A DNA stretch of 64,000 nt from an uncultured delta proteobacterium (GCA_963771465.1 CAVYTU010000006.1:1-64000); one strand, 5' to 3'; counted from the first letter of the stretch, positions 7,874-18,564 are shown. Program-made: numbers and translations. The notes: generated by a model from the sequence alone, not told the origin.

Positions 7874-8872
7874 TTAAACTGCCGTGTCCTCATGGCCACG
7901 CAAAAATTCCTGCCACGCCCTCTGCGACGGCGCGATTTTTTCTTGCAGTTTCTGCTTGCCGCTTTCGCTGATCGGCGTGAAGTTCAACGCGGCTTGAACA
8001 TTTTGTTCCAGCGGCGCCATTTGTTCGCAGCCGATAATGACGCTGGCGACGGGTTGGCTGAGGTTGAATTGCAGAAGCTCAGCATGAGAGGCGCGGCCGA
8101 CGCCTGTTCCGACGAGCATTCCCTGACCCATGACCTTCATTGATAGGATTCCCATATTCTTTTGCAGTGCCACGGGCAGAGCGGAATTCTCGAACGCCGG
8201 GATCGGCGCCATCTTGCGCTGAGCGATCGGATTGGCCGATTGCGCGGCGTTGAGCGCCATCAACACGGCGTCGAATTCAAAGCGGCGCAACGCCTCGGTC
8301 ATGGCGGCGCCGTCGTTATGGCCGGTGATGCCGATGAAGCGCGCGACTTTCTGCTGCTTTAATTGTGTTACGGCGGCGAGTACGCCGTCGGGACTGCCAA
8401 TGCGCTCGAGGTCTTCGAGACTGCTCAGGCTGTGAATTTGAATTAGATCGACGTAATCGGTTTGCAGGAACTTGAGACTGGTCTCGACTGAGCGCAGCGC
8501 GCCGTCGCGGTCTCTGGGATCGATCTTGGTGGCAAGAAAGATTTCTTTGCGGCGCGTTTTGGAAAACTCACCGAGCCGTTTCTCACTCAGCCGTTCGATG
8601 CCGCGCCGCGTGTACGAGCCCGCGGTGTCGAAATAATTGATACCGGAATTGAAAGCGCGATCGAGCAGCGCCTGGGCGGCGTTTTCATCTTCGATGGAGC
8701 AAAAGCGCGAGCCGGAGCCAAAGCCGATGCAAGAAACCATCTCTCCCGTTTTTCCCAAGCGGCGTTTCGCCAGCGAGCCGGCAGATGCGCCCAATGCTTT
8801 ATCCGCGGCGCTCAAGACGACGGCAGCCGTAGTGGTTTTCAGAAACTCGCGACGGGACCAACGTGATTTCAT
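7874..8872 (-). CDS. Aldo/keto reductase with twin-arginine (Tat) leader
   Basis: SRREFLK leader; RRLGKTG, FDTAGSY, FLATK, QIHS and IGITGH motifs. Confidence 0.9.
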   Translation of the reverse strand: MKSRWSRREFLKTTTAAVVLSAADKALGASAGSLAKRRLGKTGEMVSCIGFGSGSRFCSIEDENAAQALLDRAFNSGINYFDTAGSYTRRGIERLSEKRLGEFSKTRRKEIFLATKIDPRDRDGALRSVETSLKFLQTDYVDLIQIHSLSSLEDLERIGSPDGVLAAVTQLKQQKVARFIGITGHNDGAAMTEALRRFEFDAVLMALNAAQSANPIAQRKMAPIPAFENSALPVALQKNMGILSMKVMGQGMLVGTGVGRASHAELLQFNLSQPVASVIIGCEQMAPLEQNVQAALNFTPISESGKQKLQEKIAPSQRAWQEFLRGHEDTAV

Positions 8873-8975
8873 GTTCGTACTCCTTTCCGACTTGCCGAGC
8901 AGGATGGCTGGTGTAGCGATATTAATTCAAAGACACCTCGCAATGCCAGTCAAATTAAAAAACGTTCGTTGATAT

Positions 8976-10496
8976 TTAACTTTGACTGGTGTGAGTAGCA
9001 GGCGGCGACGATCCCCTAAATTTTCTCCACCAAGGCGTGACTGCCGGCAGGATGAAAAAGAAAATCGCCAAGGTAGTGATGGCGCCGGCGATGGGCCGGG
9101 TGAAAAAAATCGCAAGCGATCCCTGCGAGAGGATCAAGCTTTGGCGCAGCGCCGTTTCAGCTAGGTCGCCGAGAACCAGCGCCAGCACGAGCGGAGCGAT
9201 CGGATAATCGAGCTTTTTGAACATATAGCCGATGACACCGAATAATAGCATGTACCAGATATCGAGCATGCTGTTGTGCACGGCGAAGGAGCCGATGGCG
9301 CAGACGACGATGATGAGCGGCGTCAAGATCGCGAAAGGGATACGCAAAATTGCCGCGAAGAGCGGCACTAATGCCAGTACCATAACCACGCCGATCACGT
9401 TACCGGTGTACATACTGGCAATGAGTCCCCAGACGAATTCAGGTTTTTCCTTGAACAGCAGCGGGCCAGGTTGCAGACCCCAAATAATCAGGCCCCCGAG
9501 CATGACCGCTGCGGTGGGCGAGCCGGGGATTCCCAACGTGATCATCGGCAGGATCGCCGCGACTCCCGCCGAGTGAGCGGCGGTTTCCGGTGCGATGACT
9601 CCTTCGATCTCGCCTTTACCGAAGCGATCGGCATTTTTTGAAAACCTTTTGGCGAACGCATAACTCATGAACGACGCCGGCGTGGCGCCGCCGGGCTTGA
9701 AGCCCATCCAGAAACCGATAAAGGAACTGCGCACAAAGGTGCGCCAGTAGCGCGGCAAAATCTTCCAGGTGTCTAAGACGACGCGAAATTTCATGCCGGT
9801 CTTGGAGCCTTTAAAGCTCAGTCCCTCTTCGACGCTGAGCAAAATTTCGCCGATGCCGAACAGGCCGATGACCGCGATGATAAAATCGAAACCCTTCATG
9901 AGGCCGGTGAAGCCAAAGGTGAGGCGCAGCTGGCCTGTGACGATATCGAGCCCGACGGTGGCGAGAATGAAGCCGAGGAGAATCGCCACGAGAGTCTTGA
10001 ACGGGTTGCCACCGCCAAGGCCGACGAAACTGGAAAAGGTAAGTAGTTGAATGGCGAAGAATTCCGCAGGGCCGAACTTCAGCGCGATCTCAGCGAGCAC
10101 GGGCGCGAAGAAGGTGATCAGCACGATCGAAAAAAACGCGCCGATAAACGATGAGGTAAACGCCGCCGTGAGCGCCTGACCGCCTTCGCCTTGGCGCGCC
10201 ATTGGATAGCCATCGAAAGTCGTCGCGACGGACCAAGGCTCGCCGGGAATATTAAACAGAATCGAAGTTATGGCGCCGCCAAACAGCGCGCCCCAATAGA
10301 TCGAAGTGAGCAAAATGATCGCCGAGGTCGGTGGCATCGTGAAAGTCACCGGCAAAAGGATTGCGACGCCATTGGCGCCGCCCAGGCCGGGCAGGACGCC
10401 GATGATCGTGCCGAGGAAAATACCGAGCACAGCCACGGAAAGATTGAACGGCGTGAGGGCGATCTGAAAGCCGAGGAGTATATTCTCGAAGCCCAT
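8976..10496 (-). CDS. tctA: Tripartite tricarboxylate transporter permease TctA
   Basis: GVLPGLG, NIPGEP, GIPGS and GLQPGPLLF signatures; 506 aa polytopic protein. Confidence 0.93.
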   Translation of the reverse strand: MGFENILLGFQIALTPFNLSVAVLGIFLGTIIGVLPGLGGANGVAILLPVTFTMPPTSAIILLTSIYWGALFGGAITSILFNIPGEPWSVATTFDGYPMARQGEGGQALTAAFTSSFIGAFFSIVLITFFAPVLAEIALKFGPAEFFAIQLLTFSSFVGLGGGNPFKTLVAILLGFILATVGLDIVTGQLRLTFGFTGLMKGFDFIIAVIGLFGIGEILLSVEEGLSFKGSKTGMKFRVVLDTWKILPRYWRTFVRSSFIGFWMGFKPGGATPASFMSYAFAKRFSKNADRFGKGEIEGVIAPETAAHSAGVAAILPMITLGIPGSPTAAVMLGGLIIWGLQPGPLLFKEKPEFVWGLIASMYTGNVIGVVMVLALVPLFAAILRIPFAILTPLIIVVCAIGSFAVHNSMLDIWYMLLFGVIGYMFKKLDYPIAPLVLALVLGDLAETALRQSLILSQGSLAIFFTRPIAGAITTLAIFFFILPAVTPWWRKFRGSSPPATHTSQS

Positions 10497-10499
10497 GAA

Positions 10500-10961
10500 T
10501 CAATAGCCTAACCACGCCTCCAGCGGTCCCTTCGGCATGGGAACGTAAAACCATTTTTCGAATACGAAAAAAATGGTCACTGGGATTCCGAAAGCGAGCA
10601 GCACAACCGCCGACCAAGTATGGCGCCCGACCCAGCGCATATAGAAACCGATATAGAGCGCCGAAGAAACGTAGAGGCCGACCCAGTGGATCAGCATGAC
10701 CGATGCGGTGGCGGGCCAGAGCACTTTGAATACTGGACCGACTTTTTCTCGGGTGACAAAGGACCGACCCGTCGGCTTGCGCGCCGCTTGGACGATGATG
10801 ACGGCGCAAGACAACACCATGATGAGCGCAAGCCAAAATGGGAAGAAGCCGCTGTTGGGACCGTCGCTGCCCCAACCGGCGCCGAGTCGCAGGGCGTCGG
10901 CTAAGACTAAGCCGCCGAGGAGAATGAGAATCGAAGCGGTAACGATGTCGGCCACGCGCAT
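10500..10961 (-). CDS. tctB: Tripartite tricarboxylate transporter TctB
   Basis: Four TM segments, GPNSGFFP motif, PMPKG tail, located between tctC and tctA. Confidence 0.88.
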   Translation of the reverse strand: MRVADIVTASILILLGGLVLADALRLGAGWGSDGPNSGFFPFWLALIMVLSCAVIIVQAARKPTGRSFVTREKVGPVFKVLWPATASVMLIHWVGLYVSSALYIGFYMRWVGRHTWSAVVLLAFGIPVTIFFVFEKWFYVPMPKGPLEAWLGY

Positions 10962-10962
10962 G

Positions 10963-11961
10963 CTATTTTTTGAGCAATCCTTCTTTGCCCATCAGCTCGC
11001 GGTGGAGCTTTTCGTTCTCATCGACCCACTTGACGTACTCCGCGCCCACGGCAAAGGCCGGCTTAAGCGCGCCGTCAGTGAGATATTTTTTAAACTCCGC
11101 AGTGTCGTAGACTTTCTTTAAAAAGTCGGTATGCCACTGCACCGCTTCCTTGGGAATATCCGGCGCGCCGAAAATCCCGCGCAGCATTACGTAGTGAATG
11201 TCCGCGTTGAGAGCTTCTTTGATCGTCGGGATCGCTTTCCAATCGCCTTCACCGATGCGCGCGGTGTCGAAAACCCCCAGAGGTCTCACGCGTCCGGTTT
11301 TCCAATGGCTAATGCATTCGGCGGGATTATTCACCGTCGAATCGATGTGCTTGCCGACCAGATTGACGCACACCTCACCGCCGCCTTTGAACGGCAAGAA
11401 AGTGAACTTGACTCCAAGCGCCTGCTCCAACTGAATCGTGATGATTTGATCTTCTTGCGCTGAGCCGGTGCCGCCCATTTTCATGCGGTTACCGCCGCCG
11501 CTCCGTTCTTTTACGGCGGCGAGGTATTCTTTTGCAGTCTTATAGGGCGATTCGGCATTGACCCACAGAATGAATTGGTCCAGCGCCATGCGGGCCAGCG
11601 GCGTTAGATCGCGCCAATTGAATGGCACGCCGGTATGAAGCGGTGTCGTGAAAAGGTTTGAGAGCGTAATGATCATGACATGGGGATCGCCTTTTTTCTC
11701 CTTGGCGTAGAGAAACCCTTCGGCGCCGGCGCCGCCGGATTTGTTAACCGCGATCAGTGGGCGCGGCGAGAGCTTGTGCTTTTCGGCGATACCTCCAATC
11801 AGTCGCGCCATCTGATCGGCGCCGCCGCCGGTGCCCGCCGGGATGACGAACTCTATGGGTCGGGTTGGCTCCCAGGCGGTAGCGGCGCCAGCAACTCCCA
11901 CAGTAAGTGGCCAGATCACAAACGCCGCGATGAATTGGCGAGAGCAGATGATTCTAGTCAT
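10963..11961 (-). CDS. tctC: Tripartite tricarboxylate transporter substrate-binding protein (TctC/Bug)
   Basis: Signal peptide; PTRPIEFVIPAGTGGGAD, NKSGGAGAEG and PFKGGGE motifs. Start set to the ATG at 11961. Confidence 0.9.
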   Translation of the reverse strand: MTRIICSRQFIAAFVIWPLTVGVAGAATAWEPTRPIEFVIPAGTGGGADQMARLIGGIAEKHKLSPRPLIAVNKSGGAGAEGFLYAKEKKGDPHVMIITLSNLFTTPLHTGVPFNWRDLTPLARMALDQFILWVNAESPYKTAKEYLAAVKERSGGGNRMKMGGTGSAQEDQIITIQLEQALGVKFTFLPFKGGGEVCVNLVGKHIDSTVNNPAECISHWKTGRVRPLGVFDTARIGEGDWKAIPTIKEALNADIHYVMLRGIFGAPDIPKEAVQWHTDFLKKVYDTAEFKKYLTDGALKPAFAVGAEYVKWVDENEKLHRELMGKEGLLKK

Positions 11962-12154
11962 AAGTCTATCCTTATTGATCTGATTAAAAATTTTGCCATC
12001 ATGCACTATGATCACGCTTCTGCGAGCAGCCGACATTGTGGAGCACTGCTTTTGACGCCGAACGTCGAGGCGAAATTCATTTCGCTACAGCTCTTGGAGC
12101 AGCGCTTTACTAGAGTCGCTGCCACCCTGTCAAGAGCCTTCATCGCGAAAGCGC

Positions 12155-12196
12155 TTGACAAGCAGGAAACGAGTTCGCTAAAAACTGGTCAGACCA
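12155..12196 (+). promoter_or_regulatory. Sigma70-like promoter with overlapping FadR-family operator TGGTCAGACCA
   Basis: TTGACA at 12155, TAAAAA at 12179, and palindrome TGGT-N3-ACCA at 12186..12196 (PdhR/LldR-type box), directly upstream of the FadR gene. Confidence 0.7.
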
Positions 12197-12215
12197 CCAG
12201 ACAGCTGGACCCAAC

Positions 12216-12956
12216 ATGCTACGGGCGATAAAAAAAACCAGGATTCACGAAGAGGTATTCAGCCAGATCCGAGAGCTGATCAAAGACGGCAGGTTTAAAG
12301 CCCGCGATCAACTTCCGTCTGAGCGCGAATTGGCCGAAACTTTTAAAGTCAGCCGGACGTCGGTGCGGGAGGCGCTTCGCGCGCTCGAGAGCCAGGGATT
12401 GATCGTCAGCCGGACGGGCATGGGCAATTTCGTCGTGGACCTGCCGGTGGAATCGTTGGTTGGGCCGCTGGCGCGCTTGCTGATCGACGAGAAAAAAGCG
12501 CTCGCCGACGTGTTTGAGATGCGCAAGCTGATCGAGCCGCATATCGCCGCTTTGGCGGCGCAACGAGCCACTAGGAACGACGTAGCGCAGTTGAAAAGGA
12601 TCGTTGCTAAGCAGATCGACGCTGTGAGCAGCGGCATGACGGGAGTCGAGGCGGACGCGGAGTTTCATTTCACGATTGGACGGGCCACGCGGAATCAGGC
12701 GCTGCAAAAGCTGGTCTCCGGTTTGATGGAGCTATTAAGTCGAAGCCGTGAGGATTCGCTGCAAACCGAGTTGCGCAGGAATAGGTCCGTCGACGCGCAT
12801 CGGAGGATTATCGCCGCGATCGAAAGGCACGACAAAAACAGGGCGCGCGGCGAAATGCTGCGCCACATCGAGCAGGTCGAAGAAAGTGTAGCCGGGATGC
12901 AGCGAGGCGTCGGAGTTAGTAAAAAGAAGCTTCATCCCGCCGGCAGAGCCGCATGA
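12216..12956 (+). CDS. FadR/GntR family transcriptional regulator
   Basis: LPSERELAETFKVSRTSVREAL wHTH plus an FCD domain (DAEFH, H...MLRHI). Confidence 0.95.
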   Translation: MLRAIKKTRIHEEVFSQIRELIKDGRFKARDQLPSERELAETFKVSRTSVREALRALESQGLIVSRTGMGNFVVDLPVESLVGPLARLLIDEKKALADVFEMRKLIEPHIAALAAQRATRNDVAQLKRIVAKQIDAVSSGMTGVEADAEFHFTIGRATRNQALQKLVSGLMELLSRSREDSLQTELRRNRSVDAHRRIIAAIERHDKNRARGEMLRHIEQVEESVAGMQRGVGVSKKKLHPAGRAA

Positions 12957-13169
12957 TTTCACAAATTTCGGTCCGCCCGAAACTTGATGCTCTCGAAGCA
13001 TGCGTCGCAATTTCATACGCGCTTCAGAAGCCTTGTCAGGTGTCTAATCGATCACAGAGCGTCGCCTCCGCGTGGCGTGGCCGGGTCATGATGCAAGGAG
13101 CAATGTTCTAATACGCCGGCGCAGTGGTGCCGACTCAATTCAGCGAACAAATTCGAGAAAGAGGAAACC

Positions 13170-14885
13170 ATGGCCACACTGACAAATTCCGAAAAAAAAG
13201 AAGCCACCGGCCCAGTCATCTCTGGCGGACATCTGGTCGCCAAGGCGCTCAAGAACGAAGGCGTCGAGGTGATCTGGACGCTGTGCGGCGGACACATTAT
13301 CGACATCTACGACGGCTGCATCGACGAGGGCATCAAGATCATCGACGTGCGCCATGAGCAAGTCGCGGCCCACGCGGCGGACGGTTACTCGCGCCAGAGC
13401 GGTAAGATCGGCTGCGTGGTGACCACCGCGGGGCCGGGCACGACCAATGCGATGACTGGCATCGCCAATGCGTTTCGCGCCGAGAGTCCGCTGGTGATGA
13501 TCGGCGGGCAGGGCGCGCTGTCGCAGCATAAGATGGGTTCGCTGCAAGATTTACCCCACGTCGACATCATGGCGCCGATCACCAAATTCGCCGCCAGCGT
13601 GCCGCACACCGAGCGAGTCGCCGACATGGTGTCCATGGCATTTCGCGAAGCGGTCAATGGCGCGCCAGGTCCGAGCTATCTGGAAATCCCGCGCGACGTG
13701 CTCGACGCCAAGGTGCCGCTGGAACGCGCGCGCATTCCCAAGCCTGGGGCGTACCGCGCCTCGACAAAATCCATCGGTGATCCGCGGGACATCGAAAAGC
13801 TCGCCGATCTTTTAGTCAATTCGGAGCGGCCCTGCGCGCTGTTCGGCACGCAGGTGTGGACTTCGCGCGGCCACGATGACGCCGTATCGCTTTGCCGCGC
13901 GCTTAATATTCCCGGCTATATGAACGGTTCGTCCCGCGGCATCTTCGCGCCCGGCGATCCCCATGGCTTTAACCGCACGCGCAGCTTGGCTTTCGACAAG
14001 GCCGATGTGATTGTCATCGTCGGTTGTCCATTCGATTTCCGCTTGGGCTATGGCCGGCGGCTCCGTTCCGATGCCACCGTGGTGCAGATCGACCTCGACT
14101 ATCGCAACGTCGGCAAGAACCGCGATATCTCGCTTGGCCTGGTCGGCGACTGCGGCGCGATTCTCAAAGCCGTCGAGCAGGCTGCCACCGGCCGCGCGTC
14201 GAAAGGCAACGCGCAGCGCGCCGAGTGGATGAAAGATCTGCGCGCCGCGGAAGCCAAGGCGTACGAAAAATTATTACCGTCATTCAAATCGGAATCGACG
14301 CCGATCAATCCTTATCGCGTCGCCTACGAGATCAACGAATTTTTGACCGACAACACGGTTTACATCGGCGACGGCGGCGATGTGGTGACGATTACCGCGA
14401 CGGCCGTCGAGCCGCGCAAGGCGGGCAATTGGATGGACCCCGGCCCGCTCGGCACCTTGGGCGTCGGCACTTCGTTCTCGATGGCGACCAAGTTCGTCCA
14501 TCCGCAAAAAGAAGTTTTGTGCTACTACGGCGACGGTTCCTTCGGCATGACCGCCTGGGATATGGAAACCGCGCAGCGCTTCAAGCTGCCGTACATGGCG
14601 GTGATCGGCAATAACTCGGCGATGAATCAGATCCGCTGCGGCCAGATCGGCAAGTACGGTCCGGAGCGCGGCTGCGTCGGCAATAAACTGGGCGACGTCG
14701 ATTTCGAAAAATTCGCTGAGTGTTTCAGCGGCTGGGGTATCGCCGTGCGCGAGCCGAGCCAGATCCGTCCGGCGCTGGAAAAAGCCCGTGAGCGCGTCGC
14801 CGGCGGACAGTGCGCCATCGTCAACATCTGGGTCGACATCAATGAGTATGCGCCGGGCACTAGAGCGCAGACGATGTATAAGTAA
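13170..14885 (+). CDS. oxc: ThDP-dependent oxalyl-CoA decarboxylase / 2-hydroxyacyl-CoA lyase family enzyme
   Basis: DVRHEQVAAHAADGY, DPGPLGTLGVG and the GDGSFG...NN ThDP motif; adjacent to frc. Confidence 0.75.
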   Translation: MATLTNSEKKEATGPVISGGHLVAKALKNEGVEVIWTLCGGHIIDIYDGCIDEGIKIIDVRHEQVAAHAADGYSRQSGKIGCVVTTAGPGTTNAMTGIANAFRAESPLVMIGGQGALSQHKMGSLQDLPHVDIMAPITKFAASVPHTERVADMVSMAFREAVNGAPGPSYLEIPRDVLDAKVPLERARIPKPGAYRASTKSIGDPRDIEKLADLLVNSERPCALFGTQVWTSRGHDDAVSLCRALNIPGYMNGSSRGIFAPGDPHGFNRTRSLAFDKADVIVIVGCPFDFRLGYGRRLRSDATVVQIDLDYRNVGKNRDISLGLVGDCGAILKAVEQAATGRASKGNAQRAEWMKDLRAAEAKAYEKLLPSFKSESTPINPYRVAYEINEFLTDNTVYIGDGGDVVTITATAVEPRKAGNWMDPGPLGTLGVGTSFSMATKFVHPQKEVLCYYGDGSFGMTAWDMETAQRFKLPYMAVIGNNSAMNQIRCGQIGKYGPERGCVGNKLGDVDFEKFAECFSGWGIAVREPSQIRPALEKARERVAGGQCAIVNIWVDINEYAPGTRAQTMYK

Positions 14886-14899
14886 AGCGGTGAAGAGAT

Positions 14900-15010
14900 T
14901 TAACCCAAAGAACGCAAAAGCGCAAAAGCAGAAGGATTCACCACGCGCTGAGATCAAGTGTGTTTTTATATATCTTTTCTTCTCGGTGTACTGTGCGCCT
15001 CCGTGGTGAG
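14900..15010. repeat. Degenerate intergenic 9-mer-type inverted repeat element
   Basis: cgcaaaag cgcaaaag, and the arms caccacg ... ccgtggtg. A similar acaaag-periodic tract lies at 16301..16360. Confidence 0.45.
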
Positions 15011-15050
15011 ATTTCTTCTTCCTAGATTCATGTAAGGAGAAAACTATTCG

Positions 15051-16292
15051 ATGGGCAAAGCGCTCGATGGAATTCGTATTTTAGACATGACCCACGTGCA
15101 GTCGGGGCCGACCTGCACGCAGATTTTGGCGTGGTTCGGCGCCGACGTGATCAAGGTCGAACTGCCTGGACGTGGCGACATTACCCGCGGTCAGCTGCGC
15201 GACAAACCGAATGTCGACAGCCTCTATTTCACCATGCTCAACAGCAATAAGCGCAGCGTCACGATCAACACCAAGCATGAAAAGGGCAAAGAAGTGTTTC
15301 GCAAGTTGATCAATGCCTGCGACGTGATGGTGGAGAACTTCGCGCCCGGCGCTCTCGACCGGCAAGGATTTACTTGGGAGGTGATTCACGATCTCAACCC
15401 GCGGCTGATTTACGCATCGGTCAAAGGCTTCGGCCCCGGTCCCTATGAAGACTGCAAAGTTTACGAAAATATCGCGCAGTGCACCGGCGGCTCAGCGAGC
15501 ACAACGGGATTCGACGACGGCCCGCCGCTGGTCACCGGCGCACAGATCGGTGATTCGGGCACGGGCATTCACCTAGTCGCCGGTATTCTCGCCGCGCTTT
15601 TTCAGCGTGAGAAGAGCGGCCAAGGCCAGCGCGTTACCTGCGCCATGCAGGACACCGTGCTCAATCTATGTCGAGTGAAAATGCGCGATCAACAACGTTT
15701 GGCAGCCGGCCCGCTGATGGAATATCCGCAATATCCCAACGGCGTCTTTGGCGACGCGGTGCCGCGCGCCGGTAACGCTTCCGGTGGCGGCCAGCCGGGC
15801 TGGGCGGTGCGCACTAAAGGCGGCGGGCCCAACGATTACATCTACGTGATCATTCAGCCGCCTGGTTGGGAGCCGTTGATGAAGCTCTGCGGCCGACCCG
15901 AATTGATCACCGATGCCGAGTGGGCGACGCCGGAAAAGCGTTTGCCCAAACTGGACAAGTGTTTCGCGATCATCGAGCAGTGGGCGATGACCCTTGATAA
16001 GCTCGAAGTGATGCGCCGACTCAATGAGTTCGACGTGCCTTGCGGGCCGATCCTCGACATGGCCGAGATCGCCGCCGAGCAGTCGCTGCGCGACACCGGC
16101 ACCGTCGTCGAAGTCGATCATCCCAAGCGCGGGAAATTCTTAACCGTGGGCAATCCGATTAAGCTCTCCGATTCGCCGACTGAGATAAAACCGTCACCGC
16201 TATTGGGTGAGCACACCGATGAAATTTTAAAATCCATCGTCGGCTGGAGCGATGCGGAAATCGCCGCGGCGCGTAAAGAAGGCGCGGTTTGA
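15051..16292 (+). CDS. frc: Formyl-CoA:oxalate CoA-transferase
   Basis: [44 protein letters not shown] (catalytic Asp) and [13 protein letters not shown] (glycine loop). Confidence 0.95.
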   Translation: MGKALDGIRILDMTHVQSGPTCTQILAWFGADVIKVELPGRGDITRGQLRDKPNVDSLYFTMLNSNKRSVTINTKHEKGKEVFRKLINACDVMVENFAPGALDRQGFTWEVIHDLNPRLIYASVKGFGPGPYEDCKVYENIAQCTGGSASTTGFDDGPPLVTGAQIGDSGTGIHLVAGILAALFQREKSGQGQRVTCAMQDTVLNLCRVKMRDQQRLAAGPLMEYPQYPNGVFGDAVPRAGNASGGGQPGWAVRTKGGGPNDYIYVIIQPPGWEPLMKLCGRPELITDAEWATPEKRLPKLDKCFAIIEQWAMTLDKLEVMRRLNEFDVPCGPILDMAEIAAEQSLRDTGTVVEVDHPKRGKFLTVGNPIKLSDSPTEIKPSPLLGEHTDEILKSIVGWSDAEIAAARKEGAV

Positions 16293-16380
16293 AGAATGGG
16301 TACAAAGATCACAAAGTAGAAGATTCGGATTCGGAAAATTAGCCACAAAGAACGTAAAGAAAAATCGGAGTTATAACGAA

Positions 16381-16403
16381 AGGGCGGGTTTGCAACCCGC
16401 CCT
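16381..16403. repeat. REP-like hairpin AGGGCGGGTT-TGC-AACCCGCCCT
   Basis: Perfect 10-bp stem between frc and the ligase gene. Confidence 0.6.
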
Positions 16404-16441
16404 CTTGGTTTCCACCTAAGTAGTCCGAAGCAGCGGAGGGA

Positions 16442-18564
16442 ATGATGGACAAGAAGGTTGTGCGTACCCTCATCGACTCAGTCCGGAAGTCAGGCAGGCG
16501 CGCGCTGAACGCGCCGGAAGCCCAGCAGTTGTGCGATGCCTACGGTATTCCCACGCCGAAGCAGGCGTTGGCCAAGAGCGCGGCTGACGCTGCGAAAACG
16601 GCCGCGCGTTTGCGCTTTCCCGTCGTCCTCAAAATTGTTTCCGACGATATCCTGCATAAGACCGAAGCCGGCGGCGTCATCGTCGGACTGAAGACCGCAA
16701 GCGAGGTGAGACAGGCTTTCGAACGACTCGTCAAAAGCGCCAAGGCCTATAAGAAAAACCCCGCGATCCACGGCGTACAAGTGCAGCAGATGCTCACCGG
16801 CGGCCGAGAAGTGATGGTCGGTGCGATCAGCGATCCGAGCTTCGGCAAGCTGGTCGCCTTCGGTTTAGGCGGCGTGTTGGTCGAAGTGATGAAGGACATC
16901 ACCTTTCGCTTGGCACCGGCGAGCAGGAAAGACGCGCTGGCGATGCTCGATGGCGTGAGCGCGGCGGAACTCCTGCGCGGCGTGCGCGGCGCCAAGGGCG
17001 TCGACCGCGCGGCATTGGCCGACATCATCCAAAAAGTTTCCAAGCTGGTCAACGACTTTCCCGAGATTCTCGAAGTCGATTTGAATCCGATCTTCGCCAC
17101 GGACAAGGGTGCTCATGCCGTCGACGTTCGCATCGTCGTCGGCGAGCCGTTGCCGCAACGCCAACGTTTCACTCAGAGCGAAATTCTCGGCGCCATGCAA
17201 CGGATCATGAATCCGCGTTGCGTGGCGGTGATCGGCGCGTCGGCCGAAGACGGCAAGATCGGCAACTCGGTGATGAAAAATCTCATCAACGGCGGCTATG
17301 CCGGTAAAATTTATCCGATCCATCCCAAGGCCGAGGAAATCCTCGGACGCAAGGCTTATCCGAGCGTGCTCAACGTGCCGGAAGAAATTGACGTCGCGGT
17401 GTTCGCGATCCCGGCAAAATTTTGTGCCGGCGCGATGGAGGAGGTGGGACGCAAAAAAATTCCCGGCGCGGTGATGATTCCGTCCGGCTTTGCCGAGGTC
17501 GGCGAACAGGCTTTGCAGGATGAATTGCTCGGTGTCGCGCAGCGCCACAACGTGCGCATCATGGGGCCCAATATTTACGGATTCTATTATACGCCGCAAA
17601 GTCTTTGCGCGACTTTCTGCACTCCCTACGATGTCAAAGGCAAAGTGGCGCTGAGCTCGCAGTCGGGCGGCGTCGGCATGTCGATTGTCGGCTTCTCGCG
17701 CTCTACGCGCATGGGCGTGTCGGCGATTGTCGGCCTGGGCAACAAGTCCGATCTCGACGAAGACGATCTGTTGACCTACTTCGAGCAGGACGACAACACC
17801 CAGGTGATCGCCATGCATTGCGAAGATTTGAAAGATGGCCGGTCGTTCGCCGAAGTGGCGAGCCGGGTGTCGAAGAAAAAGCCGGTGGTGATGCTCAAGG
17901 CCGGACGAACGGCGCTGGGCGCGCGCGCCGCCGCGTCGCACACCGGCGCGCTGGCGGGCAACGACAAGATTTACGACGATGTGCTGCGCCAATGCGGCGT
18001 GATCCGCGCCAAGAGTTTAAATGACCTGCTACAATTCGCCCGCGGCCTGCAAGTGCTGCCGACGCCCCAGGGTGAAAATATCATCATCATTACCGGCGCC
18101 GGCGGCTCGGGAGTTTTGCTTTCAGACGCCTGCGTCGACAACGGCCTGTCGTTGATGAAAATGCCGCCGGATCTTGACGCCGGCTTCCGCAAATTCATCC
18201 CCCCTTCGGCGCCGCCGGCAATCCGGTCGACATCACCGGCGGCGAACCGCCGACAACCTACGCCAACACGATTCGCTACGCGCTCGCCGAGCCGCGCATT
18301 CATTCGCTCATTCTTGGCTACTGGCACACCATCATCACGCCGCCGATGGTATTCGCCAAACTCTGCGCCGAAGTCGTCGAGGAAGCGCGCGCCAAAGGCA
18401 TCGACAAGCCGGTGGTGGCATCGCTGGTCGGCGACGTACAGGTGGAAGAAGCGAGCGAATATCTCTACGAACGCGGCATCGTCGCCTATCCGTATACGAC
18501 GGAATTGCCAGTCGCCGTGCTCGGCGCGAAGTACAAATGGGCACGCGGCGCAGGAGTGTTATAG
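16442..18564 (+). CDS. ADP-forming acetate/acyl-CoA ligase (ATP-grasp domain first, CoA-binding/ligase domain second); 1-base frameshift in C-run 18199..18204
   Basis: LKIVSDDILHKTEAGGV, AVIGAS, GPN, SQSG and AASHTGALAG (phospho-His) motifs. Adding one C gives IPPFGAAGNPVDITGGEPP, in frame with ORF 18346..18564. Confidence 0.88.

Noticed and set aside
16865-17992. Long antisense/alternate-frame ORFs (also 30908..31876, 43907..44686, 49450..50301 and many others)
   Set aside because: Shadows of well-supported genes in GC-rich DNA, with no motifs of their own.
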